From Candidatus Hermodarchaeota archaeon (lineage in GTDB: Archaea; Asgardarchaeota; Lokiarchaeia; Sigyniarchaeales; SOKP01): DNA of 12,028 nt. Shown here piece after piece: positions 5,809 through 12,028 of this stretch (position 1 is the first letter of the stretch; each line of letters starts with the position of its first letter). The DNA lies in NCBI GenBank assembly GCA_048885535.1, contig JBHLLO010000083.1, positions 1 through 12,028 of the forward strand, written 5' to 3'. Position numbers and translations under genes: made by a program. A model generated the notes under the pieces. That model saw only the letters and a list, made by a program, of their open reading frames with translations. It was not told the origin of the DNA and ran no database searches.

Positions 5809-7554
5809 GTGAAAAATTTGCCAAAAAAAATTTTAAGAGTAGATATGACTAATCTCGTAACTAAGTTTGAAGATTTACCTAAAGACTATTTTGCACTTGG
5901 TGGGAGAGGAATGACTTCAACTATCGTAGCAAAAGAGGTTCCTCCCACATGTAACCCCTTAGGCATCCATAACAAACTTGTTTTTGCTCCAGGAATTGTT
6001 ACAGGTACAGCAGCCCCTTCTTCTGGTCGATTATCAGTAGGTGGAAAATCTCCATTAACTGGAGGAATTAAGGAAGCTAATGCTGGAACTCCATTTGCTC
6101 AAATGCTAGCAAGAATGCGAATTGGAGCAATTATAGTAGAAGGCAAACACAAAGGAGACGACTATTACTTATTAAAAGTCACTAACAACGGTGCTGAATT
6201 TATAAAAGCAAATCAATGGGTAGGAAAAGGATTATATGAGGTTTATAAAGATTTACAAAAAGAATTTGGAGAAAAAGTAGGTATTTGCGGTGTTGGAATA
6301 GCAGCAGAAATCCTTGGAGCAATGTCAGGAATTTGTTTTAACGATCCAGAAGGACTACCAAGCAGATATGCAGGTAGAGGAGGCCTTGGAGCGGTTATGG
6401 CATCCAAAAAACTCAAATTTATTATAGTAGATGAGACTGGAGCTCCTGGAGTTGAAATTGCTAATCAGGAAGTCTTTAAACAAGGTATCACAAAATTAAG
6501 AGATGCATTAATGTCCCATGATGTCACAAAGGTTGGAGGGGCTCTCAATTCGTATGGTACAAGTGTTTTAGTAAATATTATGAATGAAGCTGGAGGGTTA
6601 CCTCAAAGGAATTTCTCTGCGGGTCGAGACGATAGATCCCAGAACATCTCAGGTGAAGCAAAGGCAGAAGCTATTAAGAAAAGAGGAGGCACAAGACCTC
6701 ACTTCTGCAATCCTGGGTGCATTATCCAATGTTCTGAAGTATGGACAAAACCTGATGGAACAGAGCCGGTTGGTGTTTTAGAATATGAAAGCGTTTGGGC
6801 TCTTGGAGCAAACTGTGGTATTTATGATTTAGATGATATTGGAGAACTCAATCGGGCTTGCAATGATTTAGGAACTGATACAATTGAAGCAGGAGATACT
6901 ATTGCTGTAGCCATGGAAGGAGGATTAATTGAGTTTGGAGATGGAAAAGGCGCGTTAAAACTCATGGAAGAGATTCGAAATAAAACACCAACGGGAAAGA
7001 TATTAGCTAATGGAACAGAAATCACGGGCAAGGTTTTAGGAGTTACAAGAATCCCAACTGTTAAAGGTCAAGGTTTACCAGCCTATGATCCACGACCAGT
7101 CCGTGGAATTGGAGTCACATATGCTACGACACCAATGGGTGCAGACCATACAGCAGGTTATTGTATTGCAACTGAAATACTTGGGGTGGGCGGCGAAGCA
7201 GATCCAAGGGATACTAAAAAAGCAGATCTCTCTCGAAATCTCCAATTAGCAACAGCAGCTGTAGATGCAACCGGATATTGCTTATTTATAGCTTTTGCTG
7301 TTCTCGATATTCCCTCAGGATTAGAAGGTGTTGTCGAATCATTAAATGGCGTACTAGGAGCGTCTCTAACTGTGGGGGACGTTCCTAAAGTTGGCCAGCA
7401 AATAATCGATATAGAAAGGAAATTTAATAAAGCTGCGGGATTTACAGCTGTACATGATAGACTCCCCGAATTTTTTAGTGAAGAGAAGGTTGCACCCCAC
7501 GATGTAGTGTTTGAAGTAACTGATGAGGAATTAGATAAAGTTTGGGGACCTTAA
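5809..7554 (+). CDS. aor: Tungsten-dependent aldehyde:ferredoxin oxidoreductase family protein
   Basis: 'ILRVDMT', 'LGGRG', 'KSPLTGGIKEANAG', 'AGRGGLGAVMASKKLK', 'EYES', 'AYDPR...GADH'. Fe-S ligand candidates C300, C304, C308 and C491. GTG start. Confidence 0.95.
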   Translation: MKNLPKKILRVDMTNLVTKFEDLPKDYFALGGRGMTSTIVAKEVPPTCNPLGIHNKLVFAPGIVTGTAAPSSGRLSVGGKSPLTGGIKEANAGTPFAQMLARMRIGAIIVEGKHKGDDYYLLKVTNNGAEFIKANQWVGKGLYEVYKDLQKEFGEKVGICGVGIAAEILGAMSGICFNDPEGLPSRYAGRGGLGAVMASKKLKFIIVDETGAPGVEIANQEVFKQGITKLRDALMSHDVTKVGGALNSYGTSVLVNIMNEAGGLPQRNFSAGRDDRSQNISGEAKAEAIKKRGGTRPHFCNPGCIIQCSEVWTKPDGTEPVGVLEYESVWALGANCGIYDLDDIGELNRACNDLGTDTIEAGDTIAVAMEGGLIEFGDGKGALKLMEEIRNKTPTGKILANGTEITGKVLGVTRIPTVKGQGLPAYDPRPVRGIGVTYATTPMGADHTAGYCIATEILGVGGEADPRDTKKADLSRNLQLATAAVDATGYCLFIAFAVLDIPSGLEGVVESLNGVLGASLTVGDVPKVGQQIIDIERKFNKAAGFTAVHDRLPEFFSEEKVAPHDVVFEVTDEELDKVWGP

Positions 7555-7566
7555 GATTACCATAAG

Positions 7567-7854
7567 ATGACAATTCTAGTAAAATTCTTCGGGAACTTAG
7601 TTAGTAAAATAGCGAATAATGAATCGGAGAGATCAAGTCCTTTAAATATCAATATCAACAGTGAAGGTATTGAATTTGTTGCTGACATACTAAAAAAATT
7701 TTCAATTGAAGAGAGTGAAACTAGTCATATTTTTGTTAATGGTGTATATGCTGGAATTAAAAAGAGAGTAAAAGATGGAGACCGAGTAGGAATATTTCCT
7801 AAGAATATGGGATTACTATATAAATGGTATTTTACAAGGCATGAGGATGAATAA
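7567..7854 (+). CDS. MoaD/ThiS-like beta-grasp protein lacking the C-terminal Gly-Gly
   Basis: 'ILVKFFGNL...VADILKKF...IFVNG...VKDGDRVGIFP' matches the MoaD/ThiS pattern, but it ends KNMGLLYKWYFTRHEDE instead of PxxGG. Confidence 0.8.
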   Translation: MTILVKFFGNLVSKIANNESERSSPLNININSEGIEFVADILKKFSIEESETSHIFVNGVYAGIKKRVKDGDRVGIFPKNMGLLYKWYFTRHEDE

Positions 7855-8098
7855 AGAAAATAGATATATATCAGTAACAGTAAAATTCTTTGCAGATTTC
7901 AGAAATTTTGGACCGGATAAAGCAACCTTAGAGGTACCAATAGGGAGTAAGATTCAATATCTTCTTGATAAATATGAGATCCCATATATTAAAAGGAATT
8001 TGGTAATTCTCGTAAACGGATTACCACATAAAAAACCTGATGAAGAAATGAAAGATGGAGATATTATCGCCATTTTTCCACCAATTGCTGGTGGTTAA
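7841..8098 (+). CDS. moaD: MoaD/ThiS/SAMP ubiquitin-like sulfur carrier
   Basis: 'VTVKFFADFR...ILVNG...MKDGDIIAIFPPIAGG' with terminal GG. It overlaps the end of the preceding gene (start 7841 or 7847), consistent with translational coupling. MoaD-like genes are commonly found next to aor. Confidence 0.9.
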   Translation: MRMNKENRYISVTVKFFADFRNFGPDKATLEVPIGSKIQYLLDKYEIPYIKRNLVILVNGLPHKKPDEEMKDGDIIAIFPPIAGG

Positions 8099-8107
8099 AG
8101 TCAAAAA

Positions 8108-8130
8108 TATTTTCTTTTCTTTTTTATTAT
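8108..8130 (+). terminator. Putative oligo-T terminator of the aor operon
   Basis: TTTTCTTTTCTTTTTT about 12 nt after the moaD stop, in a convergent intergenic region. Confidence 0.45.
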
Positions 8131-8193
8131 ATTTGTTTAAAATCAATTTAATTTTCATAAATTATAAATAAACTAAAATTAGGGGAAGTTCTT

Positions 8194-8823
8194 TCAGAAA
8201 GATTCGACTTTATTAGTTTTTAATAACTTTACCCCTTGTATTGCGCCCCAAATAACAAGTAAGTAGACTGTTACCTTCTGAAATGCTGCATTATAAAGGA
8301 ATATGAAAATATATAATAGAATAATTACACTAATAATGAAACCAGTAATGGCGTAATAATTTTCGTACTCGCTATTTAATAATATAGCTATAGAATAAAT
8401 CAGTATTGCAGCAGCAAAAGATATAAAAAATAATCTTGTTGTAAGTATATGTGGCTCAAAAAGAAGATTTCCAGGAAGGATTGATAATAGAGCGAGATTA
8501 GGGCACGAGAACAAACCTAGTAAAGATCCTATAAAGCTTAGATACCTTTCGAGAGTAGTTTTTCGAAACTTTGTTGTCAATGCACACCAGAAAGGTATCA
8601 ATAGAACTGCTGTAATTGTACAAGTTGATGCAAATATGATATAACTTGGGATACTTGGTTGTCCATTGTTATATGATACAGTATGACCTAAATGGCTGAA
8701 AAAATTTTCCCAAAAGGAATATCCTCCAGGATAAATTATCATAGCTACTATCGTTAGAATAATAAATTGAATTCCTGCACCTATTGCTAAAATACTACTC
8801 TGTTTTCTGGTAATTTTAAACAT
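8194..8823 (-). CDS. Integral membrane protein, DUF998-like
   Basis: About 6 hydrophobic segments. 'IIYPGGYSFWENFFSHLG' after TM1 and a His (EPHI) before a later TM resemble my recollection of the DUF998 pattern. Family assignment is tentative. Confidence 0.65.
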   Translation of the reverse strand: MFKITRKQSSILAIGAGIQFIILTIVAMIIYPGGYSFWENFFSHLGHTVSYNNGQPSIPSYIIFASTCTITAVLLIPFWCALTTKFRKTTLERYLSFIGSLLGLFSCPNLALLSILPGNLLFEPHILTTRLFFISFAAAILIYSIAILLNSEYENYYAITGFIISVIILLYIFIFLYNAAFQKVTVYLLVIWGAIQGVKLLKTNKVESF

Positions 8824-8946
8824 ACATCGAATTATCTATAATTACTTTCTATATGAAAAGTAGTTAAAATTGTTTAAAATAGTTTATTCTCATTAAATTA
8901 ACTGATCATCTTTAAAAATCGCATGTTGAATAATGACAGTATGAGG

Positions 8947-9525
8947 TTATTTTGCTTTTTGCTGATTATAAAATTTCTCCCAATCTTCCTTTAAGAACCC
9001 ATAGCTTTTAGTATCAACATATTTTCCATCTTTGTAAAAATCGTCCTTAATAATCCCTTCAAGAGTAAAGCCCACCTTTTCAGCAACTTTCCAAGATCCG
9101 ACGTTCTCAACAGCGACTCGCCCACTAATCTTATGAAGATTTAATTCCTCAAAACCATATTGAAGAACTAATTGCACAGCCTCAGTTGCGATATCATTGC
9201 CCCAATATTCAATTTCGCCGATATATATAAAAGCGTTCGCCCACTGGTTAACCCAATTAATTCGATTCAGGCCACAGGTTCCTATAGGTTTTTGATCTTG
9301 CTTATGGATAATGGTAAAATCAATAAATTCTTTGAACTTCCCATTTGGAGGATTTTCAAATCTTTCTTTCATGTTTTCAAATATAACTGGTATAGGACCA
9401 CGAAAAAAGCGGCGAACCTTTTGATCACTCATCCATTTACAATATAAATGAACATATTTTGCACTTGAAGGAATTAAATCTACAATTTCACCCTTAATGA
9501 ATGTATTGAATTCTTTACTTTCCAT
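8947..9525 (-). CDS. GNAT N-acetyltransferase, RimJ/RimL family (copy 1, most divergent)
   Basis: 'KPIGTCGL..INW', 'EYWGNDIATEAV', 'YGFEELNLHKI', 'ENVGSWKVAEKVGFTLEG', 'KDGKYVD'. Confidence 0.92.
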   Translation of the reverse strand: MESKEFNTFIKGEIVDLIPSSAKYVHLYCKWMSDQKVRRFFRGPIPVIFENMKERFENPPNGKFKEFIDFTIIHKQDQKPIGTCGLNRINWVNQWANAFIYIGEIEYWGNDIATEAVQLVLQYGFEELNLHKISGRVAVENVGSWKVAEKVGFTLEGIIKDDFYKDGKYVDTKSYGFLKEDWEKFYNQQKAK

Positions 9526-9557
9526 ATATTATTCATCAGTCTAGAATAGAAGTAAGT

Positions 9558-10142
9558 TTAAAAAGATGATTCACCTTTTTTTAGCCAATCTCTTTTAAAA
9601 AGAGCAAATCTATGGTTATCTACAAATTTTCCATCTACATACATTTCTTCTTTTAATACCGCTTCTTTTTGAAAGCCTAGCTTTTCTGCAGCTCTTAATG
9701 ATCTCTTATTCGGAGTAAATACCCCAGCATAAATTTTATGGAAATTTAATTCGGTAAAACCGTAATTAATTAAGAGTTTTGAGACTTCTACTGCTATTCC
9801 TCTTCCCCAGTATTCTGGTTCTCCTATTGAAGCCCATATGTTTGCATTAAGATTAATCCAATTTATATGACTAAACCCTGCTTGACCAATTGGTCGTTTA
9901 TCTGCCTTATGATAAATAGTGAATGCAATGAAGTCCCTTAAACGGCGATCTTGCTCGGGCTCAAACCATTTTTTAACCTGATCTAATGTGTGTGGAAACA
10001 TTTGTCGAGCATAATGTCTAACGTCTGGGTTATTCATCCATTTGCAATATAGATTCTTCCATTTGGAATTTTGAGTTACTAAGTCTATATTTTCGCCTTT
10101 AATAAATGGATAAACTTCTATTTCTTCTTTTTTTTCTTCCAT
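9558..10142 (-). CDS. GNAT N-acetyltransferase, RimJ/RimL family (copy 2)
   Basis: 'IGEPEYWGRGIA', 'YGFTELNFHKI', 'NKRSLRAAEKLGFQKEA', 'YVDGKFVD'. Confidence 0.93.
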   Translation of the reverse strand: MEEKKEEIEVYPFIKGENIDLVTQNSKWKNLYCKWMNNPDVRHYARQMFPHTLDQVKKWFEPEQDRRLRDFIAFTIYHKADKRPIGQAGFSHINWINLNANIWASIGEPEYWGRGIAVEVSKLLINYGFTELNFHKIYAGVFTPNKRSLRAAEKLGFQKEAVLKEEMYVDGKFVDNHRFALFKRDWLKKGESSF

Positions 10143-10162
10143 TTACTACTCACTTTTGATTT

Positions 10163-10747
10163 TCATTTTTGTTCTTTTTCTTTTTGTTTTAACCAATCCT
10201 CTTTAAAAAGGGCAAATTTATGATGATCCACATACCTGCCATCAACATATGCTTCTCCTTTCAGAACCGCTTCTTTTTGAAAGCCTAATTTTTCTGCGGC
10301 ACGAAGAGATCTTTCATTTGGTGAAAATACTCCAGCAAAAATTTTGTGAAAATTTAATTCTGTAAAACCATAATTAATTACCAATTTTGCTGCCTCTCCA
10401 ATGATTCCTTTTCCCCAATACTCTGGTTCTCCAATGAGGCCATAAAGATTTGCATTCCTATTTATCCAATTTATACGACCAAAACCTATATCTCCAATCG
10501 CTTTCTTATCTTGTTTATGCCAGATGATAAATCCAACCCATTCTGGCATTTCTCTTCCTCTTGGTTCATGCCATTTCTTTATTTCTTCAATAGAGTGTGG
10601 AAACATATTTCTAGAATAGTGGCGTACTTTTGGATCATTAACCCATTTAGCAATAAGGTTAGCCCATTGAGAACCGGGTGCTACTAAATCAATTCGTTCT
10701 CCCTTTATGAACGGAAATGGTTCTGTTTCTTCTTTTTTTTCATTCAA
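10163..10747 (-). CDS. GNAT N-acetyltransferase, RimJ/RimL family (copy 3)
   Basis: 'IGEPEYWGKGII', 'YGFTELNFHKI', 'NERSLRAAEKLGFQKEA'. TTG start; the N-terminus aligns with copy 2 (MNEKKEE vs MEEKKEE), which supports it. Confidence 0.93.
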   Translation of the reverse strand: MNEKKEETEPFPFIKGERIDLVAPGSQWANLIAKWVNDPKVRHYSRNMFPHSIEEIKKWHEPRGREMPEWVGFIIWHKQDKKAIGDIGFGRINWINRNANLYGLIGEPEYWGKGIIGEAAKLVINYGFTELNFHKIFAGVFSPNERSLRAAEKLGFQKEAVLKGEAYVDGRYVDHHKFALFKEDWLKQKEKEQK

Positions 10748-10912
10748 TTTTAATCATCTTTCAGTTTTACATTTTATCGAGATATCTTATTAGTATATTA
10801 AAACATTCGATTAAAATTTTTTGTTATTTCTAGCAATTTCTTTTATAATAATTCTTTTAATTCAATATTCAATAATTCTTAATGTTAAAAATTTGATTTT
10901 AAAGGCATTAAC

Positions 10913-12028
10913 TTAAAGATAATCATCTTTTACTCTTGTAAGTGCTGTGAATATCAGAATTATAACCCCATTAATAATAAAAAACCAATATACGCTCAAA
11001 GCATCCACGATAAGCCCTATATATATTGGATAAAGTACTGCCATTGAGAGACTACCAAACATATTTATTGTGCTTAACACTGTTGCTCTATTTTCAGATT
11101 CAATTTGATTATTAATACCATGTGTATATAACAAAAATCTAGGATACCCAAATGCCACAAGCACAAGAAGAATTACCATACCTAGGATTGGATTTGTTGT
11201 GAATCCTAAAGAAATAAATGCTAAACCTGCAATAATGTCCACCATAATAAGGATTTTTAATTTCTTTTTAACTCTACTGAGGATTTTAGGGAGTAAAAAA
11301 GAAAAGAAAGCATTTACCAAATTCATCATAGCTAAAATAAAACCCCAGAAAAGTAATGGGATACCCACCGCGGTAAGATAAGGTTGATATGTCCAGAATA
11401 GGAAAAAGATGAGGATATTTATAAATAATCTATCAAAACATAAAATTCTTAAGATCTTATTTTTTCTCAGTTCTTTAAATCCATCCTTAAGGATTGAGAT
11501 ATAATTTGTTGATTTTCTATTATTATTAATTTTAGGTTCATGATATGTTAATGCCGTGATAAATACGCCAATATATATTATTCCTAGCAAAGTCATTGTG
11601 AATTGTAAGGATATGAATTCAGCGATAATTGATCCAAGAGGAGCTGAAATTGTTAGAGCAATTAAATTAAACATCTGAATATTGCCCATAATTTTGGGTA
11701 ATTTTTTCTCTTCTCCTGATACTTTTAGAGAACTAAACATTAAAGCTTCTTGTGTTCCGGAAGCTAATGCAATACTTAACGCCCAAAATGTTTCAGCTAT
11801 ATAAAATAAAAATAAATTTGGAATTATACTATATACGAAAGCTGCAATAACAACAGTTAAAGCCGATAATAATAATGCTTTCTTCCTTCCTAAATAATCA
11901 GCAATAGCTCCTGAGGGAATTTCGAGAATAAAGATCATAAACATGAAGTATCCTTGTAATACCATCATTTGTGGAAATGTAAGACCACCCCACTCAGTCA
12001 TATACGGTAGATATACTCCCCTAACGGT
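10913..12028 (-). CDS. Major facilitator superfamily transporter, 5'-truncated by the window edge
   Basis: MFS motif A 'EIPSGAIADYLGRKK', 'ALASGT..AL', late 'SENRATVLS' and multiple TM segments. The frame stays open to the window end (TVRGVYLPY before M at 12001), so the true start is outside the window. Confidence 0.92.
   Translation of the reverse strand, partial: TVRGVYLPYMTEWGGLTFPQMMVLQGYFMFMIFILEIPSGAIADYLGRKKALLLSALTVVIAAFVYSIIPNLFLFYIAETFWALSIALASGTQEALMFSSLKVSGEEKKLPKIMGNIQMFNLIALTISAPLGSIIAEFISLQFTMTLLGIIYIGVFITALTYHEPKINNNRKSTNYISILKDGFKELRKNKILRILCFDRLFINILIFFLFWTYQPYLTAVGIPLLFWGFILAMMNLVNAFFSFLLPKILSRVKKKLKILIMVDIIAGLAFISLGFTTNPILGMVILLVLVAFGYPRFLLYTHGINNQIESENRATVLSTINMFGSLSMAVLYPIYIGLIVDALSVYWFFIINGVIILIFTALTRVKDDYL

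Noticed and set aside
6584-7031. Two short ORFs (6584-6781 +, 6822-7031 -) inside aor
   Set aside because: Alternative-frame and antisense shadows of a well-conserved gene.
7790-7854. Programmed +1 frameshift fusing the two MoaD-like genes into a di-ubiquitin-like protein
   Set aside because: The +1 frame is open from 7790, but I see no convincing slippery site or stimulatory structure, and the second gene has its own ATGs in a typical coupling overlap.
8858-8888. Loose repeats of (A/T)GTT(T)AAAAT, with similar words near 3441-3473
   Set aside because: Low-complexity AT-rich words without regular spacers; not CRISPR or a supportable operator.
9172-9447. 91-aa plus-strand ORF
   Set aside because: Antisense shadow of GNAT copy 1.
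11199-11381. 60-aa plus-strand ORF
   Set aside because: Antisense shadow of the MFS transporter.

Overview
AT-rich archaeal genomic window. BHB-type tRNA introns, an SmAP protein and a tungsten AOR mark it as archaeal; the low GC and gene content suggest, by inference only, an Asgard/Lokiarchaeia-like genome. In order: 3' part of a dihydrolipoamide dehydrogenase (+), a large 701-aa calcineurin-like metallophosphoesterase (-), an Sm-like protein (-), a divergently oriented tRNA-Arg(CCT) absent from the ORF track that carries TWO introns (canonical 37/38 and non-canonical T-loop 58/59), a CocE/NonD serine hydrolase (+), an aldehyde:ferredoxin oxidoreductase followed by two ubiquitin-like MoaD/ThiS proteins, the first lacking the C-terminal GG (+), a DUF998-like membrane protein (-), three tandem RimJ/RimL GNAT paralogs (-), and an MFS transporter running off the window end (-). 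No mobile element or CRISPR array was seen. The best-supported unusual feature is the doubly interrupted tRNA. The more speculative candidates for undescribed systems are the Sm/metallophosphoesterase/intron-tRNA cluster and the AOR with its GG-less Ubl/MoaD pair.
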